DNA of 63,758 nt. Origin: Chiloscyllium plagiosum (taxonomy: Eukaryota). Of this stretch, positions 21,773-34,645 are shown piece after piece (position 1 is the stretch's first letter; the number at the start of each line of letters is the position of its first letter). The notes under the pieces are model-generated. The model was not told the DNA's origin, did no database searches, and saw nothing but the letters and a program-made list of their open reading frames with translations. The position numbers were made by a program, and so were the translations under genes. The DNA lies in NCBI RefSeq assembly GCF_004010195.1, contig NC_057718.1:78916676-78980433 (forward strand), written 5' to 3'.

Positions 21773-23664
21773 CTTCAAAACATACCATTAAAGGTTAATC
21801 AATAAAGGTTAATTGGACGTGACAATGAGGAATTTTTAAAAAGTGAAGTTGTAGGTAGTGAAGAGGGGATCAATGAACGTAAGATATAGGCCAGTTTAAT
21901 GCTTAGGCCAAGTGCCTAAAGGGGAGGGAGGGGGTGTTGTTGTAGTTGCCCATGGCTGAATATGACAAAATGGCTATTAGGCATTTTCTTTTTAACTGAC
22001 ACAGACAATCAAAGGAAATTTTAGCTGATGTAATATTTCACATAGCTCAAATAATGGCCTCACAGACAGACAACAAAATGCCTCTGAGTCTTAGTAAAAC
22101 TGGACTAGAATGCAAAAGTAAGACACTGATAACGCAGCTCAAATGAATACCATCTGATTTGAGATTTTCAATATTTATATGAAATAGAAAAGGAAAGCTG
22201 GGCCTACGTGAATTGACGCTTTTTAAATAATGATAATTTAATTTAGTGTAGACACACTACAAGAGTAGAAGTTTAAATTTCTTACATGTTGGGGGATTAA
22301 ATTTCTGTAGGCAGCTAGCCTTGGATGCAGACTAGTTTCATATACAGCCTTGAAGACACTTTTTTCCCCGTCAGCAAGAAGATTACAACAACAAAAATGT
22401 GTAAATAAGATAACCTCATAAGAGTACCAAGAGACAAATAACATTAGCAAGGTGGGGTGGGGGGTTCATAAACAATTGTGAAACACGGTCACTGTGACCA
22501 AGGGAACAACCAACCTCAGCTTCGCAAGTCAGATAAGAGGGAAGCTGTTCCTGAAATTGTTAGCTTTGACACAGAATCATAGTATTAGGTTTAGCTGTGC
22601 ATAACTTTATAAGTGACTTTATATTACAAATATTATAACAATAAATAGCGATATCTTGCAAAGTGTCCATGTTGGGGCGGCAGGGGGGGGGTGTTACTGG
22701 ATATCTTAAAGGTAAATAAATCTCTGGGACTGGATCAGATGTACTCTAGAACTTTGTGGGAATCTAGGGAAGTGATTACTGGGCCACTTGCTGAGATATT
22801 TGGATTATCTTTAGCCACAGATGTGGTGCCGCAAGAGTGGAATTTAGCTAATATGGTGCCATTATTTAAGAAAGATGGTAAGGAAAACCAGGGAATTGTA
22901 GACCAGTGAGCCTGACATCAGTGGTGGACAAATTGTTGAAGGTGATTCTGAGGGATAGGACTTACATATATTTGAAAAGGCAAGGACTGATTAGAAATAG
23001 TCGGTATGGCATGGGAAATGGTATCTCACTATCTTGATTCAGTTTTTTGAACTAATGTCATAGAAACTTGATAAAGTTACAGTGGTGGACGTTGTCTGTA
23101 CGGACTTTAGTAAGGCAGTCAACAAGGCTCCGCACATCAGACTGGTTAACAAGGTTAGATCAGATGGAATACAGGAAGAATTAGCTATTTGAAAACAAAA
23201 TTGGTAGAAGGTAGGATGGTGGATGGTGGTGGAGGGTTGCTTTTTGAACTTGAGGCCTGTGACCAGATCTGTGCTGTGGGGATCAGTGCTACGTCCACGG
23301 CTTTTTGTCATTTATATAAATTTTGAATGTGAATACAGGAGGTATGGTTAGTAAATTTGCAGATATCACCAAAATAGGTAGTGTAGTGAAAGTAAAGAAG
23401 GTCACCTCAGAGTACAACAGGAACTTGATCAGAAGAGCCAATGGAGTGACAGATGGAGTTTATTCTGGATAAATGTGAGGTGCAACATTTTGGTAGGGCA
23501 AATCAAAGTAGGACTTAAACACAATGGTACAGTCTTGAGGAGTGTGGCCAAACAAAGAGACCTTGGAGTGCAGGTTCATACTTCCTTGAAAGTGGAGCCG
23601 CAGGTAGACAGTGTAGTAAAAAAGGGGTTTATTATGCTTGCGTTTATTGGTCAGTGCATTGAGT

Positions 23665-24359
23665 TGGAATGGGACTATTTGGTGCCGCCCTTTTGGCGCC
23701 GATCATTTGGCCCTGCCGTTTTGGCTCTAAACTGTTTTGACACTCATTACTTTGGCGCTGAGCTGTTTTGGTACCAATTCAGAATAAAAAAAAGTCTTGT
23801 AGAGCCCGTAAGAAATTTGTTTTTATTGCATTGTAAGAAATAAATCTAATTCTTTTTTATTCATTATTTTAACCTATTCACTATAAAAACAAATTTCTAC
23901 ATTTTGCTACATTTATCAAACACATATGCATAACCATCGTGTGAAAATTTTGGTTTGTCTCTCTTGCTTAGAATGTTTTCAGCCATTTCTGGTATGGGCT
24001 CTACAAGAAAATAGAAAGAAAATTGTATTATAGCTTTCCAATGTGAAGACAGAAGGGCCTAAGTATCATCAAGGCAGTAGGTAACTATTAACAATTGTTA
24101 AATGAGAAAATGATTACAAAACGAGATTTGAATCTACAGCGGGTCATTACAGCTTTGACTATCAACTCTTGCTAGTTGAGAAAATTACATGGGTTGTTAG
24201 TCATTCTCTCTTCTTTAACCAAATAAGACTTTTTAAAATTCTAAATTGGCGTCAAAACAGCTCAGCGCCAAAGTAATGAGCGCCAAAACAGTTTAGAGCC
24301 AAAACGGCAGGGCCAAATGATCGGCGCCAAAAGGGCGGCACCAAAATGTACCCGACCCG
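23665..24359. mobile_element. Non-autonomous foldback DNA transposon (MITE-like) with modular TIRs
   Basis: TIRs of about 120 bp built from about 7 units of a 14-16 nt TTTTGGCGCC-type motif, AT-rich interior, 8-bp TSD cattgagt / tattgagt. Confidence 0.85.
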
Positions 24360-24412
24360 TATTGAGTATAGGAGTTGAGAGGCCATGTTGTGGCTGTAGA
24401 GGACATTGTTTG

Positions 24413-25243
24413 GGAGAAAGTGAGGACTGCAGATACTGGAGATCAGAGTTGAAAAGTGTGGCACTGGAAAAACACAGCAGGTCAGGCAGCATCTGAGGAG
24501 CAGGAGAATTGACGTTTCAGGCATAAGCCCTTCATCAGAAATGTGGAGGGGTGGAGGGCAAGGGGTCTGAGAGATACATACGAGGGTGGAGGTGGGACTA
24601 GGGGGAAGGTAGCTGGGAATGCGATAGGTAAAGGTTGACGGTGATGGTGATAGGTCAGAGGGGAGGGTAGAGTGGATAGGTGGGAAGGAAAATGGACTGG
24701 TAGGACAGTTCAAGAGGGCAGTGCCAAGTTAGAGGGTTGGATCTGGGATGAGGTGGGGGGAGGGGAGATGTGGAAACTGCTAAAATCGATGTTGATGCTG
24801 TGTGGTTGGAGGATCCCAAGGCGGAAGATGAGGTGTTCTTCCTCCAGGCATCGGGCCACCCTGTCGACTGGAGGAAGAATGCCTCATTTTCTGCCTTGGG
24901 ACCCACCAACCACACAGCATCAATGTCGATTTCACTAGTTTCCTCATCTCCCATACCCTCACCTCATCCCAGATCTATCCCTCCAAATCAGCACCGCTCT
25001 CTTCAACTGTCCCAGCAGTCCATCTTTCTTCCCACCTATCCTCTCCACCCTCCCCTCCAACTTATCACCATCATCCGTCACTTCCATCCACCTATCGTCT
25101 TCCCAGCTACCTTCCTCCCCCCCAGCACCAATACCACCTTCCTATTTATCTTTCAGCCCCCTTTACTCCCCCCAACCCTCACATTTCCGATGAAGGGCTT
25201 ATGCCTGAAACATCAATTCTGCTGCTCCTTGCATGCTGCCTGA
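24413..25243. mobile_element. Long fold-back PLE 3' end (family A)
   Basis: Inverted arms of about 400 bp centred near 24860. Includes the terminus of the short palindromes and the GIY-YIG C-terminal remnant (FRLGILQPHSINIDF). Confidence 0.85.
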
Positions 25244-26710
25244 GTCACAGGTCAACTAAAAGATTAGGCAACTTTTGGAGTACTGTATTCAATTTTGGTC
25301 TCCTTACTATTGGAAAGACATTGTTAACTTGAAAAGGTTCGAAAAATATTTACAAGGCTCTTGCCAGGGTTGGACAGTCTGACTTGTATGGAGAGGCTGA
25401 ATAGGCTGGGGCTATTGTAATAAGCAAGTATATATGATGTGGCTGGCAAATGTCTAGGAAGGGACATAACAACTGGTGTTGAAATGTGGCCAATATCATA
25501 AAAGCACAATGACAGGTGATACGGGGTCTGGCAAACATCATAAGATGGTGAGAGGACATAAGATGGACCATGATGTTGTCCATCATTGATTGTGTATTCA
25601 CAGGATTGGTTGAGTAGGTCAGAGGGAATGTGGCAAGCAGAGATGTTAATGTTGCATCTAATCTTTGTGGTGCAGTATGTATAAATATCCTGTATTTTAT
25701 TGGGAAAGGTAAAATGTCACTGACCTCTGATCTGAGCTGTAATTAAGAGGGCAACTGGGCCCCATGTGAGATCCAGATTTGGAGCGGTCTCTTTCCCTCT
25801 TCCACCAGGGTGGTAAAGATTGATTTGTGCTACTGAACACTAGACCTAGACTCCTCTTTAAAATCCCTCTCTAACAGCCTGGTTAAAATCTACTCGCCTT
25901 ATGCATATGCAGTAGAAATACACTAGCTATGACCTCACCAGTCTATGGGAGGTGTGTTTAGGATGATGAATTTTTGTATGTTGAAGTGTATATGGGTATT
26001 TTTAAAGAAACTTTTTTTATTTAACTTATGCCTATTGTTTGCACAAGTATAAATACTGTGGTGTCAAGATAAACATTTCCTTGTATGTTATGTGGATAGG
26101 TAATTATTAACAATATTGATGAATTCATGACAATTCTGCTTCCATATGAATCTATATCCTATGTATGCCAATGTAAATACAGAAGCTATTCTTACTACAT
26201 GATTATATCATTTAATAAATGAGTTAGTTTGAATAAAAATGTAACCCCTAAAAATGAAAAAGTAGCTTTTGAAAAATCTCAAGAAAAGCCATTCAGGAAT
26301 CATCTTGCACCCTGATGTATATTTTTCTGACTCAGAGAGGACAGTACTACCAAGTGAGTCACAGATGACACACCATAAAAGGCCTTGCCATAACACTAAA
26401 GTGTATTTAAGCTTAATTAATCATCAAAAAAAACATACTCCATATTGACCATACTGGAAGTGTAAGATGAAAAATGATAAAGATACATTGAGTTTACATT
26501 ATGCCATATATCATGTTAGTCATATAATGTGATAATGGATACAGAGTAGCAGCTGGTCTTGGATATCTAGTACTCCATAGTGGCTCTCCGGGATCTCAAA
26601 ATGCTTCACATATAATTAATTACTTTTGAAGTGCATACAGACGTCAACTTTACAGCAATGTGAATTCTTTCACTTTTTACACTTATCTTCCTTTTGATGA
26701 GACTGTGAAA

Positions 26711-27575
26711 TTTATTCATTAATTCATTTTGTGGGATGTGGGCATTGCTGGCTCTCTAGCATTTATTACCCATCCTTAGTTGCTCTTGAGAAGGTGATGA
26801 GCTATTTTCTTGAACTGCTGCAGTCCACCTGCTGTGATTGACCAACAATGCCACTGGGGAGAGAATTCCAGGATTTTGACCCGCCAACAGTGAAAGAACA
26901 TAGATATATTTTCAAGTCAAGATGGTGAGTGGCTTGGAGGGGAACTGAAGGTAATGGTGTTCCAATATATTTGCTGCCCTTGTCCTTCTAGATGGAAGTG
27001 GTCGTGGGTTTGGAAGGTGTTGTCTAAGGATCTTTGGTGAATTTCTGCAGAGCATTTTGTAGATAGTGCACACTACTGCTACAGAGTATCAGTTGTAGAG
27101 GGAGTGGAAGCTTGTGGATGTAGTGCCAATCAAGTAGGCTGCTTTGTTCTGGTCATTGTCAAGTGTTTTGAGTGGTGACAGGACTGCACTCATCCAGGCA
27201 AGTAGGGAGTATTCCATCACAGGAGGGCAGTATTCCATCACACTCCTGACTTGTGCCTTGTCGATGGTGGACAGGCTTTGGGGAGTCAGGAGGTGAGTTA
27301 CTTGCCGCAGTACTTCTTGCCTCTGACCTACTCTTGTTTGTCACTGCATTTATGTGGTGAGAGCAGTTGAGTTTCTGATCAATGATTACCCCTAGGATGT
27401 TGATAGTAGGAGATTCAAAGATGGTAACACCATTGAATGTCAAAGGGCAGTGGTTAGATTGTCTCATATTGGTGACGGTCATAGCCTGGCATTTGTGTGG
27501 CACTAATGTTACTTGCTACTTGTCAGCTGGATATTATCCAGATCTTGTTGCATTTGGACACTGACTGCTTCAATT
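26711..27575 (-). mobile_element. L2/CR1-group LINE 3' fragment, second family
   Basis: Reads PHKCQAMTV...PLTFNGVTI..SPTINILGVIIDQKLN; 3' end gcccacatccc...aatgaataaa. Related pieces at about 51640-52100. Confidence 0.75.
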
Positions 27576-28684
27576 TGAAAGCATTATTGTAGCCTGAACA
27601 CACTTTCTTCTAAGCTGAAGAAGTCCAAGTTCATTTCATATGAAGGCATTACAGCTGCAGAGAGAATGACACTTTCTTCAGTCTGATCTGACTCAGTCGC
27701 CAGTGGTGAATGAAATGTTCCAAATTGCAGAGACTGTGAATGGTACTGAAACTTTGGGTTTGATAGAAGATGAAAGCTATATTTTCATCCAACTCCAAAT
27801 GATCAGATGACTTGATTCTGCACAAAAGTGGGGAGAAGCAGATCTTTATCCACACTGCTATGCCAAAGAACCAGATTGGAGGCAGATGCCAGGCTACACA
27901 TCGAATTCTCCCTTTATGACCTGAAAATACCCCAAAGGAGCTCACATTAATTCAGACTTGCTAGGCATATTGAAATCTAAAGACTTTTTAAAATTATATC
28001 AATGAGTTAGAAGGTTAATTAGCTTTTCTAGTGTTAATTGACTCCTGTGAAAATGAATTACAGCCTTAGTTGAATTTCAGCTGGAGTGGAAAAACACTTT
28101 TCCATCTTGGAATGATGGATTAGGTCATGGAGGGATACGCACCACTGAAATTCCCTAGCAGGTGATGGGATCCTGGACTAGGTATGGAAATATATTTTGG
28201 ATGGGGACAATGCAATACATTTTGAGTAGAGACTATGGCCTAGAGCCAGGCAAGGTGGGAGCTCCACTTCACCAGCAGATAGATATTGTTACAATTTGAT
28301 TTTCACAAAATCCAATTGGTGATCTCTTGGTGCAGAGAGTTTAGCATACACTTCAACCAATTCTGGAACTACCAAATGAAAGTTTCTTCTATTTCCTTAT
28401 TCCTTGTGAAAGTATTTTGAAGTTTTAACATAATTCACAATGAATGTGAATTAACAGTGATAAATGCCAATAATTGTTTCAGATTAGCCACTGTAGGAAA
28501 TAAAATGGAAGGGAGTTGTTTCTGAACTGCTAAATTTGAAATGTACATTATATTCTGTTATATTCAACCTAGGATGATTCAGTGTCGATGCTGTGGACTA
28601 GGAACAGAAAGTTTTCAATTTTCTAGTAGCACTAATGTATGTATATATTTAAATTTTAAAGTTGAGAGTAGTTAATTTTATATT

Positions 28685-29395
28685 AAGGGAATGTTGCGAA
28701 ACAAAGAGACCTTAGGGTGGAGATACATAGTTCCTTGAAGGTGAAGTCACAGGTAGACAGATAGTGAAGAAAGCATTCGGTACACTTGCTGTTATTGGTC
28801 AGTGCGTTGAGTTTGGAGTTGGGATGTCACGGTTGTACAGGACATTGGTTAGGCCACTTTTGCATTCAGATCTGGTCTCCCTGCTATAGGAAAGATGTTG
28901 TGAAACTTGAAATGGTGCAGAAAAGATTGACAAGGATGTTGCTGGGGTTGGACGGTTTGAGCTGTAAGGAGAGGATGTCTGGCTGGGGTGACTTTCCTTG
29001 GAACATTGGAGGCTGACAGGCAACCTTATAGAGGTTTATAAAATCATGAAGGGCATAGATAGGATGAATAGTCAAAGAATTTTCCCAAGGTAGGGGAGTG
29101 CAAATCTAGAGGGCATAGGTTTAAGGTAGAAAGGGAAGCATATAAAAGAGACCTAAGGGGTAACTTCTTCATGCATGTACGTGTATGGAATGAGCTGCCA
29201 GAGGAAGTGTTGGAGGATGGTACAAATACAACATTTAGAAGGTATCATGATGGATACATAAATAGGAAGGGTTTAGAAGAATATTGGCCAAATGTTAGCA
29301 AATGGGACCAAATTAATTTAGGATATCTGGTCAGCATGGACGAGTTGGATCGAAAGGTCTTGTTTCCATGCTGTACAACTCTATGACTGTGACTC
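28685..29395 (+). mobile_element. CR1/HER1 LINE 3' fragment
   Basis: Reads WSPCYRKDVVKLEMVQKRLTRML and VWNELPEEV; ctctatgact tail. Confidence 0.9.
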
Positions 29396-29680
29396 TAAGT
29401 CATAGTTGTATTGAGATTTTTGAAGGGTTTTTAGCTGTGAGGTCTAGTGAGATTTATCACTCTATTTTACAAATTGCCTCATTAATTACTCACCACACCA
29501 CAATGGCATCTCTCATACAGATTCCTAGAAAGACACTCTACTCAGCAGATACCCCCTGAAACACCAGCATTCCTGCCAACTGTAAAAGGCTATTATGTGC
29601 CTGGACAGGCACTAGCATTCCAAACCTACTCAAGCTCGGTCAAGGACTGTGCCTGAATATGTTGAGGATGGAGAAGATTG

Positions 29681-29983
29681 GTGGGTGGCACAGTGGTTAG
29701 CACTGCTGCCTCACAGCGCCAGAGACCCGGGTTCAATTCCCGTCTCAGGCGACTGTGTGTGGAGTTTGCACATTCTCCCTGTGTCTGTGTGGGTTTCCTC
29801 CGGGTGCTCCGGTTTCCTCCCATAATCCAAAAATGTGCAGGTTAGGTGAATTGCCAATGCTAAATTACACCTAGTGTTAGTTGAAGGGGTAAATGTAGGG
29901 GAATGGGTCTGGGTGGGTTGCACGTCGGTGTGGACTTGTTGGGCCAAAGGGCCTGTTTCCACACTGTAAGTAATCTAATCTAA
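29681..29983 (+). mobile_element. HE1 V-SINE
   Basis: A-box tggcacagtgg, B-box ggttcaattcc, V-domain, tail. Confidence 0.9.
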
Positions 29984-29994
29984 ACGAAAAGATG

Positions 29995-31162
29995 GCACTG
30001 TGATTCTCTAACAGGAGCTGGAGATCCTGGTGGATGGGATGGATCAGAGGAGGGATACACTGTTATGGAGATGTGGGTATACTATACCTTTAAGAGAGTA
30101 AAAGCTAGCAGTGGAAGCACCAAGTGTTCTCAATAAGCCACAATGTAACATGTGCTCCAGCTATTGGAGTAGCTCGTTGCCTGGAAATGACAAAACAGAT
30201 TCGAATTAGGCCAATCAGTTTAAATTATACCCTGAAAAATACCAAATTCCAATCAAGTTTGAATTGAGTATCTTAAAATCTTAAAAGCCAATGACACAAT
30301 CCGATGCTTTGGGATATAAGGCTGAGGAAAATTGAACAGTTGGGAGGAGAACTGCCACCAGGCCAACAGATGTAGACTACTAGTCGAAACACTCTGAGAG
30401 GCACCTGCCTAGAGAAGGAGTTTTCACAGAGAAAAACCTCAACACTGACCGGGAAAGCCAATCTACTGACAAAGATCAAGAGAAGATTTGACTGCTGGCT
30501 GGTTTTAAAATTTGAATTTTCCTGTAAATCGTATTTGGGAGTTTTATCGAACTAGTATTGGGTGGCACGATGGCTCAGCAGTTAGCACTGCTGCCTTACA
30601 GCACCAGGGTCCCGGGTTCGATTCCAGCCTCGGGCGACTGTCTGTGTGGAGTTTGCACATTCTCCCTGTGTCTGCGTGGGTTTCCTTCGGGTGCTCCGGT
30701 TTCCTCCCACAGTCCAAAGATGTGCAGGTCAGGTGAATTCACCATACTAAATTGCCCATAGGTTAGGTGCGTTAGTCAGAGGGAAATGGGTCTGGGTGGG
30801 TTACTCTTCGGAGGGTCGGTGTAGACTTGTTGGGCTGAAGGGCCTGTTTCCACACTGTAGGGATTCTAATCTAATCTAATCTTTAAGAAATAATGTTGTT
30901 AATTTTTACTTTAAATAGTTCTTGGCTACTCAATTTTTTACAGATTACTGCACGGGATAAATCTTTTCTGTGTTGCTGGTTTTAAATTAAGCAGGAGGAT
31001 TTACCCCATGTCGTAACAGCACCCTTATTGGAGGACCAGCAGGGGAGGCTGCACCACCAGGTGCTACCAGCCTGGTCTGAAATCATCACCAGGGTCAGTG
31101 CCATCTTCAAGGTGAGTAGGAACAGCCAGCAATGCAGAAAGAAGATCAATGACCTTCTCTGA
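29995..31162 (+). pseudogene. Harbinger-type Myb/SANT-like DNA-binding ORF remnant split by an LTR
   Basis: QELEILVDGMDQRRDT (30012-30059) joins in frame to PLLEDQQGRLHHQVLPAWSEIITRVSAIFKVSRNSQQCRKKINDLL* (31023-31162) once the LTR and one TSD copy are removed. Confidence 0.7.
30061..31018 (+). mobile_element. Solo LTR (Gypsy-like TGTTA...TAACA) containing an HE1 SINE at 30559-30882
   Basis: Inverted termini, 4-bp near-TSD acac / gcac. Its 3' end matches the reverse complement of about 52125-52165. Confidence 0.8.
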
Positions 31163-31499
31163 TCTACAACACTCTTCTTTTTACCATCCCTCCTATTGCA
31201 CCCATTTTCCACCAAGGCTCACACTCTGCCACTCTCATTACTGTAATCAACACTTTCCATTACTTACTGTTGGATATTCTCATTGTCTTAAAATAACCAG
31301 TCGTCAACTGGTAAAAATTCGAGAATTTTTATTAAGATGCAGTGACACTTACATTCTGGCTGCCAAGAATAAGCGTGTAACTTCAGCTTACATTTATAAA
31401 CATTAACAAGCTGATAGCTTTATCTTAATTATATTTTGTTTTGAGACAGACTAGTACTCTCACTTACATACATAGTACTCTCCTTACATACATACATAT

Positions 31500-32022
31500 T
31501 TTGACTGGAACAACACATCCATCCTAGGAAAAGCCAACAGAGATATGCATGAGAATTCCTAGAAGCATGGCATTCCAACCGGAATTCTATCAGCAGACAC
31601 ATTGACTTGGATCCCATTTACCACCCTGTGAGAAAAAGAACAGGAAATGACATCACCACAGGAAATTGCATCACCAACCCAAGGAAACCCAAAAATATAA
31701 ATAGAAAGCTTGAAACACCAGCAGTGCTTCATCTGGAGGCTCATTGAGGATGTTACCTAGCATGGTGAAGAGATTTGAAAATGAACCTTCCGGCTCAGCG
31801 AGCAAACCTACATCCAGAACAATTCCACACCAACCCTTTATATGCTCTGTGCTACTTCTGCAATCCTCCAGGGACATCTCATCGCTTTCTATTTATATGT
31901 TTGGGTTTCCTTGGTTGGTGATTTCATTTCTTGTGGTGATGTCAATTCCTATGCTGATGTCATTTCCTGTTCTTTTTTCAGGGGTGGTAAATGGGATCCA
32001 AGTCAATGTATTTGTTGATAGA
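31500..32022. mobile_element. PLE family C 3' fragments, direct and inverted
   Basis: Homologous to 3270-3590 (FDWNNT...FLEAWHS) with an inverted piece at 31880-32022. Confidence 0.8.
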
Positions 32023-32950
32023 AATAATTTGCCAGGATCTCCTAATTGAAGGCTATCTCTCTTGTCTATGGATCACTGACAATTTTGGTAAGTTTCCTAG
32101 CTTTGTGTTTTGCACTAAATGGCAGGGCATAAGTGGGACAGTGAGCCTGGTATCTTTCGCTGAGAGGCAAGATACAAACAGCAAGGTAAGGCAGGGATCC
32201 AGGTTAGCTCAGTGTGAAGGAACATTAAGAAAACAAGTAAACAGTCTGAAAATGCAACCTGGTCTGGTCAACAAGCTGGGTGAATGTCCCTGAGCAAAGT
32301 ATCCTTGCTGCAGCATTACAATAAGAGTTGCTCGTGCACCCTGTGAGATATTGTGTTATGAGATATTATACTATAGGTTATCTTTATTAACTCACTCACG
32401 TGCTCGCTATAATTTACAGAATTTTCGCACTTTATCAGTCCTTGCTACAAGCGATGTTTATCTCTGAATAAGTGCAGCATACAGAACAACATCATGCCCA
32501 TCAAGTCTCCACAAAACATTATAATATTAATCAGCTCTTATCAACCATCTCTTGGACCTGAATAGATTCAGTACTTGTTAAATACCTTCTATCCCTTTAA
32601 GACAAATCAGTGCTTCCATGAAATTGCATGAAATGAATGAAACTAATGCTGGCAAATAGTAAGTAAATCTCTCAATATTCTTTCATATTTAGAGCACATA
32701 GGCTTAGTGTTTACTAACATTTACTAATTTAAAAGACAAAACAACTAACCCCTCTTGATTATGCAAGCAAACTGGATAGACATCCTTAATCCCATCAAAG
32801 GTGACAGCCAGCACTTAGCATGTTTTAACTCATCTCCTGTCTCTCAGGACAGAAGCCCTTCAAACCTTTGTGTACTTTTGATAAAAAATGTAACACCATA
32901 GTAATGGAATTTTAATATATTTAAGAGCTGTATTTCAGGATTCTATTTTG

Positions 32951-33268
32951 GGGCAGCACTGCTGCCTTGCAGCACCAGAGACCCAGGTTCGATTCCAACC
33001 TCAGGCTTCTGTCTGTGTGGTGTTTGCACATTTGTCCTGTGTCTGCATGGGTTTCCTCTGGGTGCTCCGATTTCTTCCCACAGTCCAAAGAAGTGCAGGT
33101 CGGTTGAATTGACCATGCTAAATTGCCCATAGTGTTCAGGGATGTGTATGTTAGGTTCATTAGTCAGGGGTAAATATAGGGTAGGGGAATGGGTCTGGGT
33201 GGTATACTCTTCAGAGGGTCAGTGTGGACTTGTTGGGCAGAAGGGCCTGTTTCCACACTGTAGGAATT
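32951..33268 (+). mobile_element. HE1 V-SINE
   Basis: B-box, V-domain, tail. Confidence 0.9.
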
Positions 33269-34549
33269 CTGTTCCATTGTCACCTCGATCTTGTGCTGTG
33301 ATTGCTGAATAAAGAGGGTATTTTTCCCACTCACTGGTTTTGGTTGTTATTTGAACATGATCCCACAACCCCAAAACAAACATTAAAATACAGAACTGTA
33401 TTGTAAGTGGATCAGAGGCACATGTTGGATGATAATATTCATGGATGAGTATGCCCTGAGATGCTGTTGTGTGGTGACCAATGTTCCCTCTAAATTCCAC
33501 ATGCACCCAGATGCTCCAATGTTCCCTGCAAAGCAATTTGTGTCAATGCAGATCGCAGCATTGACTTCCAATTTTGAAAGTTGCTCCAGGACATGGTCCT
33601 CTGAGATGTGCATAGAAGAAAAAATAATTTGAGAGATTGCCAATGATGATGAACATAGAAGCTCTTCACTGCAAGATGCAAGCTGAAGTTGCCGAGTATC
33701 CAGGGAGAATTCAGGGCATGTTGAAAATTCTTGGCATCTAGTTTGCTTCTGGTGGATGGTAAGATAGAGAACTTTACTTAAATGAGGTGAAAACTGCAGT
33801 TAATAAGGTTGTTAACAAGCAATAAACCCCCTTAATAGGCAACTCATTGCTGCCTAGCAAGAATTTCACCTCAATGTTTAGCAGCTTGTGAATTGATAAG
33901 CAAGTTATTCACAATATTGCAATAAGCCTCGCTGGGCTTTTTCATGATTCTGCCACATTTCACATCATCACTCAGGCCCCTATCAGATTCTGTCCGTTTT
34001 TCTGATTTGGAAACTCTTCCACTGTTAATGGATCAAAATTAACATCATCACTTTCTCAAGGGCCATTAGAGATAGGCGATTAATGCTGATCTTACCAGTG
34101 ACAACTACATGGTTTAAGTGAAGAAAGCAAAACAATGCCATGTTTGCTAGGACCAGCACTTGTGTGATGAGGACTATCAGTATCAACAGGTTCAGATTTG
34201 TAGCTCTGGCTCACTTCCCACAGGTATAATGAGTCACTGTATAAATGTGGCAATCAAGACACTAGCAAATAAGCCAGGAATCTTTGTCAACTGAAAAGGT
34301 TTCTACTTCCTCAATGTTCAGCTGGTCTGTAAACATTAAAAGATCATCTTGCATATTTGTGCAAGTTACCAGTTACTAGCCATGATACATTCATCATTTT
34401 GTCAGCCAACAGTCCCAGAGATATCCACACCTTGAAACACGGTAAATAATAACTTCTCAGACACAAGGTCTATATTCGAAAGAAACAACTAACAGCAACT
34501 CTGTGATACCCTATCATTGACACCCAGGAATATAGATATTTTTAATCAA

Positions 34550-34645
34550 CCTATTAAGACATGTTTGAACACACTGGAGCAGGTGAGATTTGAACCCAAG
34601 CCTTGTGACCCAGAGATAGGGACATTATCACACCACCACCAGAGC
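34550..34645 (-). mobile_element. Short tRNA-derived SINE head (related copies about 57765-57850 and 62335-62435)
   Basis: Reverse complement has gtccctatctctgggtca...gggttcaaatctcacc (B-box). Confidence 0.5.

Larger units (their letters stand above)
22655..25420 (+). mobile_element. CR1/HER1 LINE ORF2 fragment with nested foldback element and PLE
   Basis: Reads NKSLGLDQMYSRTLWE...WNLANMVPLFKK and QRDLGVQVH...MLAFIGQCIE; resumes at 24360 and about 25260. Confidence 0.85.
21935..25880 (-). repeat. Unclassified 1.1 kb repeat, copy 2, split by CR1 at about 22615-25430
   Basis: Reverse complement of 9075-10190; colinearity resumes on both sides of the CR1 insertion. Confidence 0.8.
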
